DNA of 64,000 nucleotides from an uncultured Phycisphaeraceae bacterium (GCA_964590885.1 CAZPWW010000009.1:35764-99763); one strand, 5' to 3'. Numbered from the stretch's first letter, positions 28,887 through 38,921 are shown. Numbers and translations: made by a program. The notes: generated by a model not told the origin, from the letters alone.

Positions 28887-31800
28887 ATGCGCATCACACG
28901 GAAGTTCACCACCTCTGGGAAGGACCCCTTCACCTCCGTCAACTGGATCAAGCGGTCCAGCAAGATCACCAACCCCGACGGGTCGGTGGTTTTTCAGATG
29001 GACGATGCGGAGGTGCCCGACACCTGGAGCCAACTCGCCACCGACATCATGGTGAGCAAGTACTTCCGCAAGGCGGGCGTGCCCAACCTCGATGCTCAGG
29101 GCAAGCCGGACGGCACGACCGGCCCGGAAAAATCGGCCCGCCAGGTGATTCACCGCCTCGCCGGGTGCTGGCGCTTCTGGGGTGAATCGCACGGCTACTT
29201 CGACACCGCCGACGATGCCCAGGCGTTCTACGACGAACTGGCGCACATGCTCATCCACCAGATGGCCGCGCCCAACAGCCCGCAGTGGTTCAACACGGGC
29301 CTGAACTTCGCGTACGGCATCACGGGCCCCGCACAGGGCCACTACGTGGTCGATCCCAAGACCGGCGAGGTGGGCCTGGCCCACGATGCCTACACACACC
29401 CGCAGCCGCACGCCTGCTTCATCCAGTCGATCGACGATGATCTGGTGAACGCGGGCGGCATCATGGACTTGTGGACCCGCGAGGCCCGCCTGTTCAAGTT
29501 CGGCTCCGGCACGGGCACGAACTTCTCCAAGCTCCGCGGCGAGAACGAGCGGCTCTCCGGCGGCGGCAAGTCGAGCGGCCTCATGTCGTGGCTCAAGATC
29601 GGCGACCGGGCCGCGGGCGCCATCAAGAGCGGCGGCACCACCCGGCGGGCCGCCAAGATGGTCTGCCTCGACATGGACCACCCCGACATCGAGGCCTTCA
29701 TCAACTGGAAGGTGCGCGAGGAGATCAAGGTCGCGGCCCTGGTCGAGGGGCTGAAGGTGCTGCGCGACAGGCAGACCAGCACGGGCGACGGCGAGACCGT
29801 GGGCCAGACCGCCGCGCGGCTGGGCCTCAAGCTCGACTACGACTTCAACGGCGAGGCCTACCAGACGGTGAGCGGGCAGAACTCGAACAACTCGATCCGC
29901 ATCCCCGATTCGTTCTTCGAGGCGCTCGACAACGACGCCGAGTGGACGACGACCTGGCGGCTGAGCGGCAAGGCCGCCCGCACCTACAAGGCCCGGGAGT
30001 TGTGGGACACGATCGGCTACGCGGCGTGGCGCTGCGCCGACCCCGGCGTGCAGTACGACACCACGATCAACGCCTGGCACACCTGCCCGGGCGCGGGGCG
30101 GATCAACGCCAGCAACCCGTGCTCGGAGTACCTGTTCCTTGACAACACGGCCTGTAACCTCGCGTCCATCAACCTCATCAAGTTCTACGACCCCGTGTCG
30201 CGGACGTTCGACGTGAAGGGGTACGAGCACGCCATCGACCTGTGGACGATCGTGCTCGAGATCAGCGTGCTCATGGCCGCCTTCCCGAGCAAAGAGGTGG
30301 CCGAACTCTCGTACCGCTACCGCACGCTGGGCCTGGGCTACGCCAACCTGGGCGCCATGCTGATGCAGGCGGGCCTCGCGTATGACAGCCACGAGGGCCG
30401 TGCGGTGTGCGCCTGCCTCACCGCCATCCTCACCGGGCGGGCCTATCGCCAGAGCGCGTTGATGGCCGCGCAACTGGGGGCCTTCCCCGGCTACGAACCC
30501 GAGCGGGCCAACATGCTGCGCGTGATGCGCAACCACCGCCTCGCCGCCCACGGCACACCCCGCGACTCGACGCGCTACGAGGGCCTCACGATCCGCCCCG
30601 TGCCCATCGACCACGGGGTGATCAAGTCGGGCCGCATCCCCGTGGCCAACGCCGACGCCCTGCTGCGGCACGCCACCGAAGCGTGGGACGACTGCCTCGA
30701 GTTGGGCGAGAAGTTCGGCTACCGCAACGCCCAGAGCACGGTGATCGCCCCCACCGGCACCATCGGCCTGCTCATGGATTGCGACACCACGGGCATCGAG
30801 CCCGACTTCGCCCTGGTGAAGTTCAAGAAACTCGCGGGGGGCGGCTACTTCAAGATCGCCAACGCGAGCGTGCGCCCCGCTCTCGAGGCCCTGGGGTACA
30901 CCGACGGCCAGATCCGCGAGGTCCTGATCTCGCTGCTGGGCACCCTGCACGTCGACGTGCCCATGCCCGCCGGGCCCGACCTGCACGCCGCGGGCTCCTC
31001 GTTCCGCTCCTTCCTGCTGGGCAAGGGCTTCAACCCCGATGACCTCGACCGCGTGAACGATGCTCTGCCCGGCGTGTTCGAGCTCTCCTTCGCCTTCAAC
31101 GCGTGGACGCTGGGCGACGCCCTGCTCCGCCGCCTGGGCATCGACCCCGAGCGGGCCAAGGCCGATCCCGGATTCAACCTGCTGCACGACCTGGGCCTAA
31201 GCGACGCCCAGATCAGCGATCTCAACGACCGCATCTGCGGCCGCCAGACCATCGAGGGCGCCCCCCACCTCCGCCCCGAGCACCTGAGCGTGTTCGATTG
31301 CGCCAACGCCTGCGGCAAGTACGGCGTGCGCTTCATCGCGCCCGAGGGCCACATCCGCATGATGGCCGCGGCCCAGCCCTTCATCTCCGGGGCCATCAGC
31401 AAGACCATCAACCTCCCCGCGACGGCCACCGTGGCGGACGTGAAGTCGGCCTACCGCCTCTCGTGGGAACTGGGCATCAAGGCCAACGCCCTGTACCGCG
31501 ACGGGTGCAAACTCAGCCAGCCCCTTTCCACCTCCAGCGAGAAGAGGGACGAGAGCACCGGCACGCCCGCCGCCTCGGCCCCCGCCACCGCCAGCGCCGC
31601 GGGAGTGGCCGCTCAGGACTCGGCCACGCTCGCCGCGGCCGCCGCCGGCAGCCTCGAGGCCGCCGCGGCCGAGGCCCGCGTGGCCGAACTGCTCGCGGCC
31701 GTGGCCCCGGCCGCCGAGACCATCGTGAAGATCGTGGAACGGCCCATGCGCCGCCGCCTGCCCGACACGCGGGCGAGCATCACCCACAAGTTCAACATCG

Positions 31801-32507
31801 CCGGCCACGAGGGCTATCTCACCGTGGGCCTGTACGAAGACGGCATGCCCGGCGAACTCTTTATCACGATGGCCAAGGAGGGCTCCACCATCGGCGGTCT
31901 GATGGATTGCGTGGGCACCGCCGTGAGCGTGGCCCTGCAGTACGGCGTGCCGGTCGAGAGCCTGGTGAACAAGTTCACGCACCAGCGCTTCGAGCCGGCG
32001 GGCATGACCACCAACCGCGACATCCCCTTTGCCAAGAGCCTGGTCGACTACATCTTCAGGTGGATGGGCATCCAGTTCATCCCCGGGTACCGCGAGGCCA
32101 ATACGCCCCGGCGAGAAGCACCGGTCGAGCCTGTGAAGATGAAGGAGCGCGAACTCGCGGCCCTCAGCGGGCACGAAGAGGGCGAGGCCGAGACTCCCGG
32201 GCGCCGGGCCGGTCAGACGTCCACCACGCGCCTGCCCGGCGTCGAGGCCCGCAGCGCCCGCCCCGACACTCCGCCGGCGGGCGACACCACCCTGGTGCAG
32301 CGCCACCTCCACGTGGAGCGGCGCGGCGACGCCACGATTCTCGACATCGAAACCCGCTCCGCCACCGGACCTTCGGTCTCGGCCCTTGCCGAGGCGATGA
32401 AGAACGCCGGCGACGGGCCGCCGTGTGAGGTCTGCGGCACGATCACCGTGCGCAACGGCACATGCCACAAGTGCGTCAACTGCGGAGCGTCGCTGGGCTG
32501 CTCGTGA
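28887..32507 (+). CDS. nrdJ: adenosylcobalamin-dependent (class II) ribonucleotide reductase
   Basis: The N-terminus MRITRKFTTSGKDPF...VSKYFRKAG is typical of the vitamin-B12-dependent RNR family. NPCSEY is present, and the C-terminal Cys cluster is CEVCG...CHKCVNCG. Confidence 0.9.
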   Translation: MRITRKFTTSGKDPFTSVNWIKRSSKITNPDGSVVFQMDDAEVPDTWSQLATDIMVSKYFRKAGVPNLDAQGKPDGTTGPEKSARQVIHRLAGCWRFWGESHGYFDTADDAQAFYDELAHMLIHQMAAPNSPQWFNTGLNFAYGITGPAQGHYVVDPKTGEVGLAHDAYTHPQPHACFIQSIDDDLVNAGGIMDLWTREARLFKFGSGTGTNFSKLRGENERLSGGGKSSGLMSWLKIGDRAAGAIKSGGTTRRAAKMVCLDMDHPDIEAFINWKVREEIKVAALVEGLKVLRDRQTSTGDGETVGQTAARLGLKLDYDFNGEAYQTVSGQNSNNSIRIPDSFFEALDNDAEWTTTWRLSGKAARTYKARELWDTIGYAAWRCADPGVQYDTTINAWHTCPGAGRINASNPCSEYLFLDNTACNLASINLIKFYDPVSRTFDVKGYEHAIDLWTIVLEISVLMAAFPSKEVAELSYRYRTLGLGYANLGAMLMQAGLAYDSHEGRAVCACLTAILTGRAYRQSALMAAQLGAFPGYEPERANMLRVMRNHRLAAHGTPRDSTRYEGLTIRPVPIDHGVIKSGRIPVANADALLRHATEAWDDCLELGEKFGYRNAQSTVIAPTGTIGLLMDCDTTGIEPDFALVKFKKLAGGGYFKIANASVRPALEALGYTDGQIREVLISLLGTLHVDVPMPAGPDLHAAGSSFRSFLLGKGFNPDDLDRVNDALPGVFELSFAFNAWTLGDALLRRLGIDPERAKADPGFNLLHDLGLSDAQISDLNDRICGRQTIEGAPHLRPEHLSVFDCANACGKYGVRFIAPEGHIRMMAAAQPFISGAISKTINLPATATVADVKSAYRLSWELGIKANALYRDGCKLSQPLSTSSEKRDESTGTPAASAPATASAAGVAAQDSATLAAAAAGSLEAAAAEARVAELLAAVAPAAETIVKIVERPMRRRLPDTRASITHKFNIAGHEGYLTVGLYEDGMPGELFITMAKEGSTIGGLMDCVGTAVSVALQYGVPVESLVNKFTHQRFEPAGMTTNRDIPFAKSLVDYIFRWMGIQFIPGYREANTPRREAPVEPVKMKERELAALSGHEEGEAETPGRRAGQTSTTRLPGVEARSARPDTPPAGDTTLVQRHLHVERRGDATILDIETRSATGPSVSALAEAMKNAGDGPPCEVCGTITVRNGTCHKCVNCGASLGCS

Positions 32508-32516
32508 GCCAGGGCC

Positions 32517-32542
32517 GCCCCGAGCCGTTGGGCTCGCGGGGC
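32517..32542 (+). terminator. GC-rich hairpin after nrdJ (no U-tract)
   Basis: GCCCCGAGCC-gttg-GGCTCGcGGGGC, 10 nt after the stop. Confidence 0.4.
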
Positions 32543-32967
32543 GGGGTCGGAGGAATCTGCCGCGGCGGGATGTAAAGGATCCCCGCCCCGGGTGGCGCGA
32601 TGGAACGTACCGCCCGGACGGAACCCGAACGAGCGAGACGGTGCCCGAGGGGCCACGGACGAGTCTTGCAGGTTCCCTCTCCGACCCCGCCCCACGAGTC
32701 TGATCACAGATGCCTGGCCACCGGGAGTCAGGCTACCGAACATTTCGTGTACATGCACAGAGCCTGCGCCGCTCAGGGGTACGGGAGGACCCGAACAGGC
32801 CTCACCCGCCGCACAACTTGCCGATTGTCCCGCGTCAGTTCGCCGGATTTTGCTTGCCCGGCCGGTGATCCGGGCGCATGATGTAGGGCTTGCGCCGCCC
32901 ATTGCGCGGGTAGGCTGTCCCCAGAGGGGGGGCTTGAGAGAGAGATGTTCGAGGAGAGGAGATTCCT

Positions 32968-33663
32968 GTGAAGACCAGCAAGGTTGTGCGTACCGGCATC
33001 ATGATGGCTGTCCCCGCGGTGTTTTCCGCGTGGTCGGCCGCCGCCGATGTCGCTCTTTCGTTCGGCTACAACGACCTCAGCGGGTCGTACACGAGCACCA
33101 GCGCCACCACCGGCAGCTTCACGGCCGTGGCGAGCGACACGCCGAACCTCCGCTCCAGCGGCGACGTGACGCGCCTGATCCCCACCACGGGCACGGCCGA
33201 GTTTGCGCCCGGCTTCGTGAGCACGGCCGGCAACTTCGTGGTCAACCTCTCGGTGTTCAACATCAACACCATCCCCGGCATCGCCGACGGCACCGGCAAC
33301 TTTGTCATCACCGATGTCAACGGCGACACGCTCTCGGGCGACATCGTCGGCATCTGGATCATGGGTGGCCTCGACCAGACGTTCTTCAACGGCGCCCTGT
33401 TCAACGTCGTCTTCACGAACAACTCCGCCGACGGCGGCATCGACGGCAGCAGCGGCGACCACGTCGATGGCAATCTGGGCTTCCCCTTCGTCTACGAGGG
33501 CGCGGTCACCCAGTTGTTCCTGAACCCCGGCACGCCCTTCTTCTTCGATTACGACTTCCAGAACGTGGACACCCAGGTGTTGGGCGAGATCTTCCCCACC
33601 CCCGGCGCGGCCACGTTGGCCGGTCTGGCTGGCCTGATGGTGGCACGCCGCCGCCGCCGCTGA
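32968..33663 (+). CDS. PEP-CTERM sorting-domain protein (paralog A)
   Basis: GTG start after a GA-rich leader, then a signal peptide. C-terminus is FPTPGAATLAGLAGLMVARRRRR. At 231 aa it aligns along its whole length with the 34035..34730 product. Confidence 0.8.
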   Translation: MKTSKVVRTGIMMAVPAVFSAWSAAADVALSFGYNDLSGSYTSTSATTGSFTAVASDTPNLRSSGDVTRLIPTTGTAEFAPGFVSTAGNFVVNLSVFNINTIPGIADGTGNFVITDVNGDTLSGDIVGIWIMGGLDQTFFNGALFNVVFTNNSADGGIDGSSGDHVDGNLGFPFVYEGAVTQLFLNPGTPFFFDYDFQNVDTQVLGEIFPTPGAATLAGLAGLMVARRRRR

Positions 33664-33700
33664 TCTGCGACCGGTGAAGCAAACTTCTCCTTGCATATCC

Positions 33701-33734
33701 GGCGACCCGCCCCGTGGCGGGTCGCCTCGTTTTT
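33701..33734 (+). terminator. Rho-independent terminator
   Basis: Perfect GGCGACCCGCC-ccgt-GGCGGGTCGCC followed by TCGTTTTT. Confidence 0.8.
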
Positions 33735-34034
33735 GTCGCGGCGAGGGTGGGTGCGCTTCGGCCGCACACCGTCGGCACCAAACACGCACCAATCATGCTG
33801 CAATGCACCGGATGATGTTCGTAAACCACTGTGCGAAAAGCATTTATCGATGCAAACCGCACTCGCCATAAACACGGTGTATTTTGACATTTTCGAGGTT
33901 ACCGGCTTGCATTTTGGTCCGGATCGGGCAAACTATGGGGTCAGGCTTTGTGTCCGCGTTGCGCGTTGGTGCCCGGAGTGGGCTTCTAACGTGCGGGCGG
34001 GGTGAGTGTGAGAGTAGAGGAAGAGGAGAGTCTC

Positions 34035-34730
34035 GTGTTCAAGAACAAGATCACTGCTGCCGCGGCCTTGCTGGTGCTCTCGGGCACTGCGCTGGCTCAG
34101 ACCGGTTCGCCTGCGGTCGTTACGTTCACGTACACCGATCTGAACGGGTCGTACGTGGGCACGCCCGCCGGCGGCACGTTCACGGCCCGCGCCTCGAGCA
34201 TCAGCCCGCTGGTCTCCTCGGGGACGGTCAGCCGTATCCTGCCTGCAGCCAACATCGCTGTGTTCAACACCGGCTTTGAGTCGGCGGCTGGGTCCTCGGC
34301 CGATGCCGTGTTCTCGATCAGCGTGTTCAACAAGACGGCCTTCACCGCCCAGGGCGCGGGCCAGATGACGCTGACCGACTTCGACGGTGATCAGATCATC
34401 GCCGCGATCGACGGCACGTGGGTTACCACCTTCGGCGGCCGCACGTTCTTCAACGGCAACCTTCGCCAGGTGACGTTCGTGAACAACAGCGGGTTCAACC
34501 GCTTCAACGCCACGGCGATCGACCCCGGCTTCGACATGTTCTTCTTCAACAACGGGGCCCTCACGGGCGCCCTTGTGCAGCTCCAGATCATCCGCGCGGG
34601 CCTGGGCTTCTTCAACACACCCTTCACCAACAACGCCGTGCAGACCTCCGGCCAGATCGTGCCGACGCCGGGTGCCATGGCCTTGGTGGGCATCGGCGGC
34701 CTGATCGCGGCCCGCCGTCGCCGCGCCTGA
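34035..34730 (+). CDS. PEP-CTERM sorting-domain protein (paralog B)
   Basis: GTG at 34035 after GAGGAGAG, then a signal peptide. C-terminus is VPTPGAMALVGIGGLIAARRRRA. 231 aa. Confidence 0.8.
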   Translation: MFKNKITAAAALLVLSGTALAQTGSPAVVTFTYTDLNGSYVGTPAGGTFTARASSISPLVSSGTVSRILPAANIAVFNTGFESAAGSSADAVFSISVFNKTAFTAQGAGQMTLTDFDGDQIIAAIDGTWVTTFGGRTFFNGNLRQVTFVNNSGFNRFNATAIDPGFDMFFFNNGALTGALVQLQIIRAGLGFFNTPFTNNAVQTSGQIVPTPGAMALVGIGGLIAARRRRA

Positions 34731-34755
34731 GACACGGTCCTCGTGTTCTTCCTCG

Positions 34756-34790
34756 CAGGGCCCCGATTCGTCGGGGCCCTGTTCGTTTTT
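34756..34790 (+). terminator. Rho-independent terminator
   Basis: CAGGGCCCCG-attcgt-CGGGGCCCTG followed by TTCGTTTTT. Confidence 0.8.
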
Positions 34791-34798
34791 GCCCGCGC

Positions 34799-35443
34799 TC
34801 AGCCCACCGGCAGCGCGGCCCGGCCGAACGGCAAGTCGAACCGGTCGCGCGTGGTGCAGTAGCCGCTGCCCCCCATCCGGGCCACGCTGTCGAGCCGCGC
34901 AGCATCCACATGCCCGGCACCGTCAACGAGTCCATCCGCAGCGTGCACGGCCACCACGATGCCCAGCACGATGTTGCCAGCCCCCGGCTTGCCGGGGTCG
35001 AGCCTCGTCACGCTGAGCGTGCGGCACTCAAAGGTCAGCGGCGAAGCGGCCACGCGGGGCGGCAAGACCAGCCGGCTGGGCTCGGGGCCGACCCCCGCCA
35101 GCGCCCACTCGCTCTCGCCGTAGGGCAGCGCCTCCCCGCAGGCGGCCATGGCCCGCGCCAGCGCGTGCGGCACGGTGCTGACCACAAACTCACCGGTGCC
35201 CCCCTCGGCCACCGGCTTGGCATTGCGGAGCGTGTCCTTCTCCCCGCCGTCGGGCCGGTTGGCGGGCGCGAACATCAGCACAGGCGGCGATGCCGACACG
35301 GCGTTGAAGAATGAGAACGGGGCCAGGTTCGCCCGCCCGTCGGGGGAGAGCGTGGAGACCCAGGCGATCGGGCGCGGCACCACTCCGCCGATCAACAGGC
35401 GATAGCGGGCTTCAGCCGAAAGCGTTGCCGGGTCGATGTGCAT
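34799..35443 (-). CDS. flavin reductase-like FMN-binding (split-barrel) protein
   Basis: LLIGGVVPRPIAWVSTLSPDGRANLAPFSFFNAVS is the typical flavin-reductase-domain signature. Confidence 0.75.
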   Translation of the reverse strand: MHIDPATLSAEARYRLLIGGVVPRPIAWVSTLSPDGRANLAPFSFFNAVSASPPVLMFAPANRPDGGEKDTLRNAKPVAEGGTGEFVVSTVPHALARAMAACGEALPYGESEWALAGVGPEPSRLVLPPRVAASPLTFECRTLSVTRLDPGKPGAGNIVLGIVVAVHAADGLVDGAGHVDAARLDSVARMGGSGYCTTRDRFDLPFGRAALPVG

Positions 35444-35571
35444 GGCCGAGGGTACGGGCGGCCGGCCGGGTACCGACCCGCGGCTCGCCCCGGGGCCGGA
35501 CCGCGCGGGTTCGGCGGAGGTATCATCGTGCCCCACGGCGGAGGCCGGCTCCACCGACCGGGTCTACCCGC

Positions 35572-36084
35572 ATGCACACGCACGCACCAGATTGGGACCT
35601 GATCCGCACCCGCGCCGCGGCCTTCCCGGAGGCCGCGTTCGTGTTCGCCCACGACGTCTTTGTCCACACCACCATGCTGCTGCACGGCGGCCAGGCCGAC
35701 AGCGAGGTCGGCGACGGCGCGGACACCCGTGGGGGCGGGCCGGCGTCGCCGGAGGCCCGCGACGCCGGGACGCTGTCGCAACCGTCGCGCCATGTGTCGG
35801 GCCCGCAACTGTGCATGGGCATGGTCGATCTGGCCCGCCAGCGCTACGGGCGCATGGCCCGCTTTGTGCTGTCGCGCTGGGGCGTGCGGAGCACCTTCGA
35901 TTTCGGCGTGCTGGTCTACGGCCTGATCGACCGGGGCGACCTGCGCTGCGCGCAGGATGACCACATCGACGACTTCCGCGACGTGTGCGACCTGGAGGAG
36001 GCGCTGGCATCCGAGCGCGACGATGAGCCGCGCGTGGCGGCGCGGCCTGAGCGCGGGCACCTGCCGGACGCCGACCACGCCTGA
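35572..36084 (+). CDS. hypothetical protein (possibly a Planctomycetota/Verrucomicrobiota-restricted family)
   Basis: ATG at 35572 and high GC3. I have no confident family assignment. Confidence 0.5.
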   Translation: MHTHAPDWDLIRTRAAAFPEAAFVFAHDVFVHTTMLLHGGQADSEVGDGADTRGGGPASPEARDAGTLSQPSRHVSGPQLCMGMVDLARQRYGRMARFVLSRWGVRSTFDFGVLVYGLIDRGDLRCAQDDHIDDFRDVCDLEEALASERDDEPRVAARPERGHLPDADHA

Positions 36085-36127
36085 GTGCCCCGGCCCGTCC
36101 CCGCGGCACCCTGTACCCTCAGCGGCC

Positions 36128-37501
36128 ATGGCTGACCCCAAGCCCGCACCCAAACCCACCGACTGGCGCACGCTGCACCTGTGGCAGATTCAGCCCGTGC
36201 GCGACGGGCTGATCATTCTCGCCGCGCTGGGCTTGCTCTGGCTGGGCAAGATGCTCAGTGTGGTGACCGTGCCCATGCTGCTGGCGCTGCTGCTGGCCTA
36301 TCTGTGCGAGCCCCTTGTGCGGCGGCTCACGCGCGGGCGGCTCATAAGCCGGCAGGGCGCGGCGGTCGGCCTCGTGGTGCTCGCGGCGGGCCTGGTGGTG
36401 CTGCCGGTGGGCATGGGTCTGGGCTTCGCCGCGCTGCAGGGGGCCACCTACGCCCAGCGCGTGGCGATCAACGCGCAGCAACTGGTGGAGACGGTGCGGA
36501 ACCCGACCGATGCGGCCGGGCGGGCCGCGCTGCCGGGGCCGTGGCAGCGGGCCGCGGACAAACTCATCGAACTCCGCAAGCGCGCGGATCGGGTGCGCGA
36601 CGGGCGGGGCACGCCTTCCGCAGCGGACGCACCCGCCGCGACGGGCACACGCGGTGCCGAGGCTGGCGCGGGCTTCGAGCCGCTGCCCACGGTGGCCGGG
36701 GTGTCGGAAGACGACCTGCGCGCGGCCCACATCTACCGCCTGGCCGAGTCGGCGATCTCGTGGCTGCAGGCCAACGCGGCCCAGGTGTCGCGCCAGGCCT
36801 TTGCCACGGGTGCCGGCGCGGTTGAACTGGGCCTGCGCTGGGTGCTGGGCTTCGCCACGGTGGTGTTTGGCCTTTTTCTCACGGCCTTTTTCTTCTACTT
36901 CTTCTGCACCGGGTACGGCCGCCTGCTGCACTTCTGGGAGAGCCTGATCCCCGAGCGCAAGCGCGGGCGGGTGGTGGAACTGGCCCGCAAGATGGACGTG
37001 GTGACCAGCGGCTTTGTGCGGGGGCGGCTCATCATCTGCTCGCTGCTGGGTGTGTACTACACACTCGGGTACTGGCTCATCGGCGCGCCTGCACCGCTCA
37101 TCCTCGGCCCCATCGTCGGCGCGCTCACCATCATCCCCTACGCGGCGGGCATCGCGGCGCCCCTGGTGGTGGGCCTGATGTGGCTCGAGCCGCCGGGCGC
37201 GGGGTGGCAGGCGACGTGGTGGTGGATCACGTTCGCCCCGCTGGGCGTGGCGGTGGGCCAGCAGATGCTGGACGACTACTTTCTGACACCGCGCATCCAG
37301 GGTGAGACCACCGGTATGGACACGCCGACGATCCTGTTCGCGTCGTTGGCGGGCGGGCTGCTGGCGGGCGTGTACGGCCTGCTGGTGGCGATCCCCGTGG
37401 CGGCGTGCCTGCGGATCGTGGTGCGCGAGGTGGTGTGGCCGCAGTTCAAGGCGTGGGCCGAGGGCAAGGCCGACGACCCGCTGCCGATCGCGAAGGGTTA
37501 G
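36128..37501 (+). CDS. AI-2E family (PerM/UPF0118) transporter
   Basis: Multi-TM protein with the C-terminal pattern ...LDDYFLTPRIQGETTGMDTPTILFASLAGGLLAGVYGLLVAIPV. Confidence 0.75.
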   Translation: MADPKPAPKPTDWRTLHLWQIQPVRDGLIILAALGLLWLGKMLSVVTVPMLLALLLAYLCEPLVRRLTRGRLISRQGAAVGLVVLAAGLVVLPVGMGLGFAALQGATYAQRVAINAQQLVETVRNPTDAAGRAALPGPWQRAADKLIELRKRADRVRDGRGTPSAADAPAATGTRGAEAGAGFEPLPTVAGVSEDDLRAAHIYRLAESAISWLQANAAQVSRQAFATGAGAVELGLRWVLGFATVVFGLFLTAFFFYFFCTGYGRLLHFWESLIPERKRGRVVELARKMDVVTSGFVRGRLIICSLLGVYYTLGYWLIGAPAPLILGPIVGALTIIPYAAGIAAPLVVGLMWLEPPGAGWQATWWWITFAPLGVAVGQQMLDDYFLTPRIQGETTGMDTPTILFASLAGGLLAGVYGLLVAIPVAACLRIVVREVVWPQFKAWAEGKADDPLPIAKG

Positions 37502-37511
37502 CAGTCGGCAT

Positions 37512-38630
37512 TCACCCCACCACGCCGCGCCGACGCAGCACGCCGAGCACGAGGTCGCCCGCGTCGGTGTCGCTGGGCACCAGCGCGTGCGTGCAGCCAC
37601 GGGCCGCGCAGAACGCCGCGGCCTCGTCCACGTAGCGCCGCACCGAGCGGCGATACCGCTCGATCACCTCCGGCGTGGCGGTGATCTCGGCCTCGCGCCC
37701 GGTCTCCACGTCGGTGAGCCGAAGGTCGCCGCTGATGAGCCCGGGGCGGGCGGCATCGGCCTCGGGTTCCGCGTCCTCGTCGCCCCGGTGCCGGGGGGGT
37801 GCCCGCCGCTCGCGGGCCGGGTCGATCTCACCGGGCGAGAGCACCTGCAGCACCACCGTGTCGAAGCCACCGCCCGAAGCGCCCGCGGCTGTCAGCAACT
37901 TCAGACCCCCACGATAATCGCCCGCGCCCGGAATCAGCAGGTCGCTGAGCAGCACCAGCACGCCCTTGCCCCCCCTGCCCCCCCCACCTCCGCCACCTCC
38001 CGCACCCGCCGCGACGATCGTGCGGCACGCATCGGCAAAGGCCTCGGCGGGCGTGCCCCGCGCCCGCGCGGGCGCATCGCCCGTCGCCTCGGGCAGCGGC
38101 GCGAAGAGTTCATCGACCAGGTAAGCAGCCAAGCGCTGCACGCTGGCACGGCCGCGCAGGGGCGACAACTGGCGCAGAGCCCGAGCCGGCACGTCGCCCG
38201 CGGCCCGGCCGTCGCCGATGAGCGACACCCGCACGCGGTTGTTCTTCACCAGCCCGATGTAGCCCAGCGCGGCGGCGATGCGGGCCGCGCACAGGAGTTT
38301 GGTGGGCACGCCCGCGAGCATCGATGCCGACGCGTCGATCACCAAGTGCAGGCAGAGGTCTTCCTCTTCCTGAAACACCTTGATGAAGAAGCGGTCGAGG
38401 CGTGCGAAGACGTTCCAGTCGATGTGGCGGAGGTCGTCGCCGGGCACGTACTCGCGGTAGTCGTCGAACTCGACGCTGCGGCCGCGGCGCTTGGAGCGGC
38501 GCTCGCCCTGGAGTTTGCCGGAGAAGACCTTGCGGCTGACGACGTCGAGGGATTCGAGCCGCGCGGCGAGGGCGGGGTCGAGGAGTTCGGCGATGGATGA
38601 GGGGCCGCGACCGGCGGTGCCGACGATCAT
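37512..38630 (-). CDS. DUF58 domain protein (vWA-like)
   Basis: GERRSKRRGRSVEFDDYREYVPGDDLRHIDWNVFAR and LVIDASASM. No adjacent MoxR ATPase is present. Confidence 0.8.
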   Translation of the reverse strand: MIVGTAGRGPSSIAELLDPALAARLESLDVVSRKVFSGKLQGERRSKRRGRSVEFDDYREYVPGDDLRHIDWNVFARLDRFFIKVFQEEEDLCLHLVIDASASMLAGVPTKLLCAARIAAALGYIGLVKNNRVRVSLIGDGRAAGDVPARALRQLSPLRGRASVQRLAAYLVDELFAPLPEATGDAPARARGTPAEAFADACRTIVAAGAGGGGGGGGRGGKGVLVLLSDLLIPGAGDYRGGLKLLTAAGASGGGFDTVVLQVLSPGEIDPARERRAPPRHRGDEDAEPEADAARPGLISGDLRLTDVETGREAEITATPEVIERYRRSVRRYVDEAAAFCAARGCTHALVPSDTDAGDLVLGVLRRRGVVG

Positions 38631-38655
38631 GGCTGATGGTAAGGACCAGGCCTGC

Positions 38656-38880
38656 TCACGCCACCTGATAGATCGCGGGGCGATACCGCGGCGTGGGAAT
38701 CCGCTTGCCGTGCGCCTTGGCCACGGCCAGCCACGCACGCATGGCCACCTGCACCTGGCGCACCGCCTTCTCCGGCGTGGTGTCGTGGGCGGAGCAGTGC
38801 TTCAGGTCGGGCACGTCGGCGATGAAGGCGTTGTCGTCTTTGCTGAAGAACACGTTGATGTGGTACTTGAGGCGACGCAC
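38656..38880 (-). CDS. HicB-like (UPF0150) antitoxin-fold protein, orphan
   Basis: GTG start. FIADVPDLKHCSAHDTTPEKAV...AMRAWL fits the HicB N-terminal-domain pattern. I see no HicA-like partner. Confidence 0.55.
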   Translation of the reverse strand: MRRLKYHINVFFSKDDNAFIADVPDLKHCSAHDTTPEKAVRQVQVAMRAWLAVAKAHGKRIPTPRYRPAIYQVA

Positions 38881-38921
38881 GAGCGACAGTATCCACGGCG
38901 GATGCGCGCGAACAATCCCGG

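Noticed and set aside
28530-31187. 885-aa minus-strand ORF, plus other long ORFs antisense to nrdJ
   Set aside because: nrdJ on the plus strand is unambiguous. The antisense translations lack any motif.
33735-34034. Possible sigma70 promoter (TTGACA near 33885) upstream of PEP-CTERM paralog B
   Set aside because: There is a -35-like hexamer but no convincing -10 at 16-19 bp (TTGCAT at best). It was too weak to list as a feature.
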